DNA of 64,000 bases, from assembly GCF_022539665.2 (NCBI RefSeq), contig NC_081334.1:930001-994000 (forward strand), given 5' to 3'. Below, piece by piece: positions 52,541 to 64,000 of the stretch (position 1 is its first letter; each line of letters begins with the position of its first letter). The position numbers were made by a program, and so were the translations under genes. Under the pieces are notes generated by a model. That model ran no database searches, was not told where the DNA came from, and was given only the letters and a program-made list of their open reading frames with translations. This stretch comes from Daphnia carinata (Eukaryota).

Positions 52541-55500
52541 TTTACTGACTTGCAATTTGGAGGAACGTTAACCCAATTCGACGGCTTAATACCACAAATT
52601 GCCTCTTTTTAGGTTTTTTTATGATTCCTTTTCAGATCCTTCACGTTTATATTTCCGTTAGATTACCGTCCAAATAGACAGAAAATTCATTTAAATCGTA
52701 AGCAGAGGCACACCATTACGTGTAGCATCGCTTTCCTCCTTCTTCACCATATAATTAAAACAGCAAAACTACGTTACGCTGTGAGCAACGATTCCAAATC
52801 ACTCCGGCAAAAAGAATATAAAGACAGGAAAATAACTAGTGCACAGCTGGTTGAAAATCGAATGAAAAATGTTTTTTCTGCTTTCCAGTTCATTGTGCCC
52901 ACTTTACGTGTGGTCTAATCAACGACGATTTTTTAAGAAAAGAAAGACAGAAAAAAAAGCCAAGTGCGCACATGTTAATGGACCCGTTTTCTCTTCGTTG
53001 GCTTTTCGTTTATATTACGTCTCATGTCGAACAGAGAAGCGGGAGCAAGGGCGGAGAGCCTATAGTTCGTTTTCTTTTTTTTTTCTTTGGGAATTTTCAC
53101 TCGGTTAAAAGTCTGCAAATAAGAATCGAGTTCAGAACGCTTTAGGCTACACGATCGAACGTGAGAAGAGTGTTAGTCTTGCCTTCTCGCGTGCGGGGTA
53201 GGTGGAGGGAAGGAAAAGAAAAACAACAACTGTTGTGTGTAATAGGAAAGAAAAAAAAGAGAATCAATTGTTGCGTTCGGTTACTTGAAACCCATTTGGA
53301 GAGGCTAACGAGTTGGTCGAACAACAGCGACGTTGTCCCTCCAAGGGTAAAAAAGACTGGCCAAATCAGTTGTGCGTGAGCTATACATGATGGAGAGTTC
53401 AATCTGGAATGCAAATTGATAAACGACGTTTGTTTGCACCGCAAACACGCAATGGCACGCTTCGAAATCGTGTTACACGCAACTGTTGAACACAACTAGC
53501 GAACGGCTCCAACTCAGTTCGCCTTTGCGCGATGTGCAAGATAAACAGAGGGAGAACACGATCGAAAGCTTCAATTACATACCCAAACTGGGATTTTTTT
53601 TTCTTATTCTTTTTCAAAAATGTATATATTTGATTAAATTCTCGTTTCGCTCGTAAGGGCAACTGAATGATGTCGTTGTAAATGAGAAAAGTAATGAAAA
53701 AATCAAGCTGTATCTCAAGATAAGCCGGAGGCAAGCCTCAAGTTTCTTTCGCATTTTGAATTACATATATATTATGTACTGTATATACCTGAAACTTTTG
53801 TGAGAAACAATTTGAAACCACAAATTTTCGGATGTTATCCGTAATCTGTTTGAATAACACAGGACTCCAGTTTTAGTCCTTAAAAAAAAAAAAAAGAAAA
53901 GATATTATCACGTCGGGTCAAGTTACTAATGTCTTATCGGGCACCGTAAGTCTGTCGTCAGATGGTATAACGCGATGGGGAAACCGCTTCTCAGATTTCT
54001 AACCAGTCCAACGATGATCAGTCAATTTTGACGTCATTCCCCCTCGAAAGGAAGAAAAATGAACGCACCTTCGGGATATCGGCGTTCGTTCGTTCAGCAA
54101 TGGCCGACCCGCAGGCTATTTGCGATAAGGGGAGCACGTCAACAATGGAAGAAGGTCTCAAACAGTCAACACCCAGTTCGATTCTATTACTTCAATAACC
54201 TTTTCAGCTACAATGTAATCAAATTTCGGGTTGGCGCCCAAAGAAGACATTTTGATTTAATCCCTACATGAACATTCTGGAAGAATGGCAAAATAAACAA
54301 ACAAACAAAAAGGTCCTGCTTGAACAAAGTAAACCAAAAATCAAGATGCAAAACGAAATGAGGTCCGAAATCTTCCATTGTTATTTACGTTCAATTTTTT
54401 TGGCTTACGATCAAATTCTTCCCGAAGGCTTTTGATCAACCAATTTTGTTTTCCCTTATCAGTTTTTGTTTGACTTTCCCTGGCTTCAACGATGCAGTTA
54501 ACCGCAAAGGAATCACGTTTTTTTTTGTTTTCTTAGTAGAAAGCGCGAGTCTTTTGATGGAAATAGAAGCCACTCTACCATGATGAACAAAACTGGAGCA
54601 ACCCAATAAAAATAAAAATGTTCAATTCAACAACAACAAAATGCGGAACGCCTTCGTTTTTTTCCTTATCAGTGTCCTCCAAAAAATGACGTTAGCTGGC
54701 ATCTTTAGCTCAAAGTTGAACACATTTAGCGTAGCCTATATATATATAAGACGTTACGACAATATCCATATTAACCATACGTGGAGGCGATCATAAAGGA
54801 CGTATAGGCTGGACAACTATCTCAGGGTGATTGATCGACATGGATTTTCCCCCAATGGCCAGTGCTCTTTCATTGTTGAATGCTCACATCTCCTACGTAT
54901 AATACTGATGGTGGCCCCTGCTACGTAAAGCACTCGACGTAGATATAGACAATGCAGTGCGCTTAATCTTAATACTGGCGTTAAGCTATCTTGTTTTACA
55001 GACGCCGCTGGAGATAGCACAAGTTATGCTGCAAATAACGCAAGCCAAAGAACGAGGAAACAAAAGGGGGGCCTATACAAGAAATATAAATCACAAATAT
55101 AGCTCTTCTTCGGTCTACTTTCTACGGAAGAACTACAACTCTTTTTCGTAAAGCAGGGCCATACTCCAGCTCTTGTTGCCGATGCACACCCACGAGTAAA
55201 AAAAAATTCTTAGTGGCAAAACAATGGCCCATTTGCTGCGACGCCCCCGATATATATAAGCGGACTTTTGTCTAGTGGCTTTAGCCAAAAAAGAACTAAA
55301 CAAAACGACTATGTCTGGAAGCCAATACACGAAAATAAAAAAGGCAATAGTAACAAGAATAACAATAATGTGACAGCTGTTGCCTTAAAGAAACATTTTT
55401 CACTGCTCACCCCTACTAATGTCAACAATCATCGTCAGCTATTCTTCTCAAAAATATATAATAAAAGCCAAGACATCCTAAATGGAATGGACGCTTAAGT

Positions 55501-58500
55501 GCAACGGTGACTTTCACATTCCATCGATTTGAAAAAAGAAAATTAAGTGTTGTTTAATAGGGTCTGCATAACTGTTTTTTTTTTTCAATCTTCCTTTAAT
55601 TAGATTAGCGGGGATCGCCCGCATCGACAAAATGCACCTGATTAATGTCAGAAATATTTTAAACTAGCTTAAACATCGGAGCTAAAAATAGGCTATATTT
55701 ACAGACATTTACAATAATTGGACTGTCTTCTACAGCCCATGTGATAAAATTTTTTTTTAATCTTCAATTTTTTAAAACACTATTTTATTTTGGAGTAGTT
55801 TTAAATGGACACGTATCGTAGTGTCTCTATCGCGCATACTCAATCGAGTTAAAAATAAGGACGATGCAAACTTTGGAACGAACACGGCCTAGGAATGGTT
55901 ATTACGCAGAGGAACGAGACGATAGGTTAATAAAGAATGACGAAAGTTGAACAAAAAATAGAGACAAAAATAAACAGCATATCTGCCACGAATAATAGTT
56001 AAGTCCGTATACTCAGCAAAACAATTCGTGAGTTATCGTGAAACACCGCCACGCAACTCTGCCTCTCACTTCCGTTCTACACGATTTACAATTGCCCTCA
56101 TTTCCATTTCTACGAAGACACATAAAATATAAGACGACACAAAAAATCAAATCATATTCATACGCCTACAAATACGAGTTTGATTACATTTCCAAATAGG
56201 TGAATGGACTGTTTTTTATAATCAAAACAAAAAAAAAACCCTCTCTATTTGGTTGGGGCGGGAGAATCGGCTACAATGCTGACGACTCGACCTGATAATC
56301 AGTTGATAGCGACGTTATTCCAGTTACGGTTTGTATACGCAACGTTCACCTACATTTTCAGACTGCCTTTCTCTGTCGGTTGTGTTTCAAAACGACTGGC
56401 CTTCAATCGGCAAAAAGGAACTCGATACGCGCAGCTCGCGCAACGTAATAGAATGAGAAATGCATGTGTTTCGTCGCGCGTGATTATCTACCGTCCATGA
56501 AAAGAGTTAAGAAGCGTAGAATCACGATGAGAATGACATTGGAAATCGCAACTGGGGTGATACCAAAATGAAAGAAAAAAAAAAAAAAAAAAAACGGGGA
56601 ATGACCAATTTCAATATGCGTGAAATCGGTCGAGTTATCTATTGCAATCTTTCCGTTTTCGAAATGTATTGTTCAATTCTCATTTTAACGCCACCCCTTC
56701 CAATTTTTTTTTCTTTTTAAAGAGAAAGCAAAAAGGGCCTTGCGGTAGCGAAAGATGGGCTCTGTTGCAGAATCAGTCGTGGCAGTTATTTCTGTATGTT
56801 TATATCGAGGACAAGCCAATAACCTATCGTGCTGTAACACTAAACTTTTCTTGCCTTTATAGTCACAGCTGTTGTGCGTTTTTTTTTTTTCGAACATTTT
56901 TTTTCGGTTCACTCCCCGGGACCCCGATTTCCATCGCCATTTTGTTCTTGAATTTTTCAATAAAAAAGGAACAAAAAACAAAGTTTTCATCAAGAGGATT
57001 TTTCCTTTTCTTTTTCGTGTTAACGCAGAAAATAAATGAAGGCGAACGTACAACTGAATTACGTTATCGCTCGCAATCGATTCTAGCTCAAACAGGTTGC
57101 GATTGCACAAGTTTCTCCGTTTTCCATAACCAATGCTCAAGCAAGCGTTTTTAGCAATTCCCGTCTCTTTCACACCTTGCAAATTTCCGGCCGAACGTGA
57201 CTGTCATTCAATTTGCGTGAGAAGAATAACACTGGGATTCGGATCGGCTAGAATTATTCACCACGACTTGCAACGTTGTCATCGCTAGATAGTCAACAGC
57301 AGAAAACCTATTGGCAATGCCTCTTGAAACTGGTGTGAAAGCCAAACAGTTCGACAATAAAAAACAAACACAGTTTACGCGTTTGAGAATCTTTCCTTCC
57401 CTCCTTTTTTATTTTGGCTGTCCCAAGGACGGCAATTAAAATCTTGGCTATCTAGACATTTCAAACAGGTTCGATAACACCTGTAGCATTTGCTGATTTC
57501 ATTATAATGGCGGTTCGGCAACCGTCCTTTTCAGATAACTATCTAGGACATTCAAAACGAAGAAGAAGAAGAAGAAGGCTAAGAATCAAATGATTAAAAT
57601 AGTATCTCATCATCACCTTTCTTGGGATGGATCTATCTTTTTTTTCAAATGGAATTTCAAAAGGGCAGGGAAAAGATATCTTTCAGATAGGAATTTAAAA
57701 AAAAAGGCATTAAAAAAAAGGCCGGAAAATTGAACGAACCTCAAACGGCGTGTATAGTAAAGCAATTGGCCCAGCGGCAGCCAAGAGAGAAGAAGCAAAA
57801 GAAAAGAAATAAAAAAGGAGAAAATAATCTAAAGAAGAAAGACAGGCGAGGAGAAAAAAAAAATGAAGGTGTAACATAACTTTCGCATCGTACTGTGACG
57901 ACCAGCACACACACCGTGGATGACGTAGATGCAGGAGGGCTGATGAGGTTTTCTATTATTGCTCTATCTCTATTGGTCCGGCCAATGGCCCGTTATAAAA
58001 ACCTCGAGCCAGCGATGACAGGCTGGATTTACAGAGAGAGCTCTGGCTTGGTCCTACTTTTTACCATCGTATACAATAGTCGGGCTTAACCATCTTCTTC
58101 ACACTATGACTTCCCGCACCCTTCCCTTTATTTTTTTTTCTATATCGTCTTTCGGTCACGCCGGGCAATGCGTGCGGATTCCCAATTTTCTATCCAATAA
58201 TATCTGTCTCTATAAAAAGTCAGCTCTACTCAGCTTTGTTTATGAAGACATTTTCCTTTTTCTTTTGCCTCTTTGCGTATAGGAGGAACTTGCCCCGGCA
58301 AGTCTGGACAACTATAGGCTCCAACTAAATAGATTCAGCCCTCCATATTGCACACACCCCTTCGAGTTCATCTGGTCGCAGCTTTGAATGTGGCCTTTGC
58401 TGGCGAGTACTGAGCGCATTGTAATGTTTCTATTTGGTTTAACTCTTGTTTTCAGTCAGCACGCAAGTTTGAAACACGTCGCCCCACTAAGAAAACTGTA

Positions 58501-61244
58501 TATGCTTATGGGGAGTATAGCGTTTCAGCAAGTTGCTGATCTCCAACCGGTTTGAAAATTATTCCAGCTTTACCTTATTTATTTGATTGTTCGTATCTTG
58601 TTTAAGAAAAAAAAAATGACTAGCACATTTGACAGGTATACATATATACGGCCAACGTGTGTGTAGAGAACGAAACTTCACATGGAAGGAATGTGCCGTT
58701 TGTGTCCACAAAGACAAGTCCTTTAAACAGAAAATGACAAATCAACTTTCATTGGACATGGTTCAATGTTCGACTTAATTGGAACCGTCATGCCGAAATC
58801 GTTGGGACGTGACTGCGAAACGAGAAGAAAGAAAAATTGCACGAGGGCACGTGCCTGGACAACGCGTCCGCCGGATTATTTTTCTTTAGGCCATACGCAC
58901 GATGACACGCTGTAATATTCCAATGAGAAAGTAGTCACCTAATGGCTTTGCTTTTTTCTTTCCCCCTTCTCAAAAATGATTAATATAATCCATATAGAGT
59001 TAAGGGTTTCTATTGTAGTATTTACAGCATAAAGAACACCCCCCCCCCCCTCCCCGGCCAATATTGTCAGAAGGCAAATGGAATGGCAAAGACGGATCAT
59101 TGTTGTCCAGCTGACGTTGCATTTTGCTTGATAAAACAACATTAGGGCACCATATTAGTGCACCAAATTCACTTAAAACATTTTTTTTTGCGGCCTGTGA
59201 TCTTTCTTTTGTGAGGATTCAACCTATGTTTTTCAAGATGGCTGACGTGTTCTCTTATCACCTTTTCTTCGTTGCGTATCTTTATCTATTCAAGTGGTTT
59301 AGCACATCTTTTTTTTCTTGATGTCTTCTTTTTTCTTTCTTTAGCTTCCATTTTTTATCTCGCTCGTTTCACGTGTTACGTTCCATACAGTTAGAATCGT
59401 GGAACTCAGTGTCACATCAATTCGTCTTCCTGATAGCGGTCGGCCACTTGTGAACGCCGCCGTCTGTTCACATATAGCCGTAGCTGGTATACTGCACACG
59501 TAAACATAAGCGATCCAGCAATTTAGTTTCGGCAACGGCCATTAACGTTTGGACCCGATAATCCACTAAATTTTATACCTCTACTTTTTAATAGCATTCT
59601 ATCAACTAAGACCTAAGGTGTCCCTTTCTAATTGAAATAGCGAACCACTTGGGCTATACGTTTTCCTGTTTTTAAATAAAAAAGAGAATCGTCGAAAATC
59701 AATTATTTTGTCAGCTATCGAGTGATTTGTTTCCGTTTGGAGCGCGCGCGTCCACATTGGCATCCCATTAGTGAATTACATCTATTTATTTGACGATGAA
59801 GTGCATGGCCATTGAAGTTCTTTTCGCCGACTGCGAAAGCACTTCGTGGGCAAGTTCTTAGTCAATCAACGGTCCGTTGCGCCATTCGTTATGGCAATAA
59901 ATCAGACGCTTAGCTACACAATAGATTGCGAGTCGTTAAATGACTTACGAGCCAACAGCTCTATATGAATTTGATAGAAAAGTTCCAGTCAATGCTTCTC
60001 CATCGCAATCGTCATTTTAGCGAGCGAGAGAGAAAGCGAAACAAGTAAAATGAACGAGAGACTTTCTAAAAAAGAAAAGAACGTTATTTGAGAGTACGTT
60101 TTGACCAAACCAATTGTTCTTAACAGCCTACTTCACTGGAAAGCTTGTGGCTACGGGTTGGATGTGTAACTTGCGTTATATAACAATAAGAGACACACTT
60201 CAGAATGGAGTGTGTGTGTGGGGGGTACTGCAGTGCCTTTTTGTCAAGAAATGACAGGTATGCAATAATGGCAAGTCAACAGAACAAACAAACAATTTTC
60301 ACTTTAGAAATTCGAGCAATTCATAACCGCACGGGTCAAGCGTCCATGAATCGCATCCGGTATGCATTTAATGCGATAATATCCTATGCTATTCAAAAAT
60401 GTTCCTCACCGCAATGCGACAATAAAAGCAAACAGCTTTTCACGAAAACATGCGGAATGATCCAAATTAGCGATCAATTTCCAAACAAACATAAACCCAG
60501 AAAAACAGGACGGAAATGAAAAGAACATTAGAGAACATCATATCTACCTCTTGAGTGTAAAGAGAGAAGGGGCCAAGTGTGCGAATGGCGAATACTGCTG
60601 GTGTTGAGCGGAAGAATTTGCCACGGCAGCAAAGCGGCGACGGCCAATTGGACTCCGTGGCCGATACTGAGCGCCATTGCTGTGGTTACCACGATCACCC
60701 AGCCCCAGCCGCCTTAACCCATGCAAAATATCAGTTGCAATAAACATTTTTAGCTAAATAGATTCTTCCTTTTTTTTCGTTTTGAAACAACCCGGATTTA
60801 TTTTTGTTTAAATAAAATCCCAGGTGTTGTGTTAATCCTACGCAAATCTATCTGCCAGCAGTGCGTACCCTCTGGATAATAATGCTGCCGGATGGTTGCT
60901 TTCTTGTTGTTGTGTATATTGCGGATGGTGGCGGCCACGTCGGATTTCATCCAGTGATGTGGCATGTGTCGAATGGCCTCGGCCGATTCTCCCGATTGCG
61001 ACAGCTCCAACACACCGGCGTCCAATTGTTTGTTCGACGTCGGAACGGACGACACGGAGCCGGCCACGACGGCCGCGAGATCAACTGACAACGCAGCCGC
61101 AACGGCTGCCGAAGACGCGGCCGCTGACATGGTCACCGGTTCAATGGTGCCCAACAGTAATTCAGTACAGGCCGTCAGGCTGGAATCACGCAGATGACGA
61201 TTACTTGTGCCACTATCGATGCTCTGCGAACGAACCAGAACCAT
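47294..61244 (-). CDS. Monocarboxylate transporter family (SLC16/MFS) protein with a long acidic C-terminal tail
   Basis: Exon 1 (61244-60869) plus exon 2 (60712-60548) give YYPEGGWGWVIV, the MCT motif. After intron 50177-60547 come CRRKSTRLTAVFGGL, VGQYFKRRREAV, GWRLGLQ, YRSASLYHPQRRAILHLK and RARNFARAWSFVQ; the last exon ends EGRV* at 47294. Confidence 0.88.
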
Positions 61245-64000
61245 TTCGAGTTCCGTTGTTGTGCAGCCGACTGCACGCAGAATTAAATATGTTCAAATGT
61301 TTCTTACACGTTTTGCAACAGCTGCGCAAAGGTCTGTATAAAATATGTACGATGTTGTATCTACGGTGCGTATCTTTTTGCTTTTATTTTGGAAGTTCAA
61401 AAAAGGAACGAACTGCCACCGGGATTTGGCTGCGTAGTCGGTGCCACCTTATGATTATGCATGGTTTTCGGTAGTACTCTCTGACTATAAACGAAAGGTT
61501 GAATGTAAGCAAGAAAACAAAGAAAACAAAATGGAAATTTTTCGAGAGGGAAAGAGAGCTGAACGAGGTTTTATCACCGTTAAAAAAAACCACAACAACA
61601 ACAAAATGATCAACGTTCGGCCGGAGTTTGATGAAAACTTTTCCCTTTTTTCGTAGGCGATAAGGCCGTAATAGTCGATGCCCGTTGTTCTGTTGTTCTT
61701 TGTTTTCTTGTTACCTGCAGTATAAATATAGTAACCTGTCAAGTGTTGAGGGCCGAGTCACGTCATCGTCTAAGCTCTTGCCTTTATTTATGCTTCGGGT
61801 CAATCGAACCTACTATCACTGTCACACAGCCCAGTTGTAAAACTTGTTGGGTTCTCAAATCGACTTCTCATGTCCACTGCTTTTCTTTAAGCAATAAAAA
61901 AACAAAACAACCAAAGTCATCGAATAAATGTATCTCTTTTTCTTCTTTTTTAACCTTCTCCTTGAAGGTCGTTCACTCTGTTATCTCGCCTAAACGCGAC
62001 AATCTCGAACGGGACAGCCGAAATAAAAATAGGCACCACAAGCCCAATGTGGCGTATTCAAATTTTTCAATCGTTCGAAGGGCAGATTAGAGAATAAGAA
62101 CGGCACTCACGCAGAATAATTCAAACACGGGGAAAAGAGCTGAATGGCGATCAAAGATTCCTGCCCCCGAGAATCCAGCATTTCCTGCCCGTTTTTGTTC
62201 GTCAACTACGAAACTTTGCCTAAATCGTGTGGAATTCTGACGATCGAATCGAAAGCCACTGTGATCATGGCTCCGAACAGATGACCAAATCGGCCGAAAC
62301 GGTTGACCAATCGCAATCGCGCGCAATAGGCGAAATCGTGAAAAAATGTGGGGCGAACGATTCGGTGCGAACTGGCGGACTTGATTGATTTACAACGTTC
62401 ATCGTGTTGAACAGGTGGCACTAAAACGAAGCGACCAGTAAATTCGCCACATTTCCCAATTCGTACTGTGCTGTCAGACACTGTTGAACGTAAAAGAACG
62501 AATGAACCACTGGGTGTAGGTATACGATATCATCAAAATAACACGTCACATTTCTATGGCAGGGAGAACTTTCACTGAAACCGACGGATCAAATCTCGTT
62601 CGTTGACACAACTAGATGAATCGAAAACTAAGCGAAATTGTATAACTCATTCGTAGTGAAAATTGCGAGGTCACAAATGCGCAGTAGCTCGTTGTGTTTG
62701 GACTGGCAGTCGCCAACCGACTGAATCAACTAGAGTGAAGCCATGCCATCTACCTTCCTCGTGCTTATGCCACCTCCCCTCTCTCGCCCTACCTCCTCCA
62801 ATTTTGATTTTCTTTCTTTAGCAAAGTCTCTGACTCGTGAGTTGAGGCTACCGATTTTTAACTTTATGCTTCGCTTAAATTTAACACGACTCGTTTTTTT
62901 GTTTCCCAAAGTTTACCTATGCCACCTTTGTTGTGCAATTTCGAAAACAATCATTCGTAGAATCGTAATTATAAAGACGTTTCTTGGCTGCGGAAAGATT
63001 GAAGATTCGTGCACAATGAATTGTTTGAACGCGTTGATATGCCTTACGAAATTAAAGCGTTCGGTCAGTATTTTTCGAAGAAAAGGTGGAGGCGTTTGCA
63101 TGTATAAGAAACTTTGGCACGATTTTCTGTATATCAGAAGAGCAGTTGGCTTCGATAAAGAAAGTTTCGTGTTCACGTCTTTTTGATAAGCCCACAAACC
63201 TGTTTTGGGGACAAATACGTTAGCTACTTTTGGAACGGTGATTGTACCGGTATCTTAAAATACTTTAAGGAAAGAGGCGAAAAATTCTAAAGAAATGCAT
63301 GTGGCATTTTTCTGTCCTATAGCACTATTTACGAATGTCTTTGTTTGGTCAAACAAAACCTGAAACAAGAAGACGAGGGGAAATGAAAAGACCCGGGAAA
63401 AGCCACACCAAAGGTCGTCATATGCTTGAAATAGAAAAAAAAAAACAATCGGAACGTAATATACAAATGTTTGAGCATCGAGCAGTTTGCCTTGCATGCT
63501 TACCTCTAGGAAGAAGGATCGGATTTAAACTGAAACAAGAGCTTGTCGACAATGACCATGTGGCTGGACAAAAGGCAAAAGAGCTGCGGCCATAAGACAA
63601 GTTGTATTCCATCCGAAATCTTTCGGCTCGTCGTCATCTAATGGCCTCGAGTCAGCACACCAAATACGAGAATGAAAGCCGTTGTATTATAATACCGTAT
63701 TGGCGATGTAGGGAAAAAATTGCGTCTACGAAGAATGTGGTATGCAACAAATTCAGACAAGCGATGAAAAGCGCTTGACAAACGATCAAATAGCAAAGAA
63801 GAAATTTTGAAAATATATGGATACATATATTTTTAACATGAAGAGCAAAAACTGTTTTCTTTATATAGATGAAGTGACCCGATTAACGTTGCATAATACG
63901 AGCACAAAAACACACGTCTTGCATCTACACGACACAGGGCGCATACATATCCAATACATCCATAATGCATGTAATTATACGCACCATAAAAAGATTGGGC

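Noticed and set aside
50600..60500. Many 60-175 aa ORFs inside the large intron
   Set aside because: Low-complexity F/K-rich translations of A/T tracts, many with non-ATG starts; no family motifs.

Overview
AT-rich, intron-rich eukaryotic genomic DNA. The very short (about 55-85 nt) GT-AG introns and the gene set suggest an arthropod, most likely a cladoceran crustacean such as Daphnia (inference). The first 36.3 kb is gene-dense: CRF-binding protein, CEP152/asterless, three AGPAT3/4-type acyltransferase paralogs, Polycomb Scm, MEAK7/TLDC1, a GMC oxidoreductase, taxilin and RNF13/godzilla. From 36.8 to 46.6 kb there is no recognisable protein gene. That block holds an intact hAT-type MITE, two apparently spliced convergent non-coding units, a 14/15-bp minisatellite, a ~340-nt element that folds specifically on the minus strand (UUCG and GAAA tetraloops, G-U pairs) and many CTCF-like motifs. 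An SLC16/MCT-family transporter gene with a 10.4-kb intron fills 47.3-61.2 kb. Best leads are the structured 340-nt RNA-like element, duplicated alternative C-terminal exons in MEAK7, paralog-specific introns among the AGPATs, and the CTCF-like motif array. Gene models and folds were derived by hand and family calls come from recalled motifs; no database search or folding program was run.
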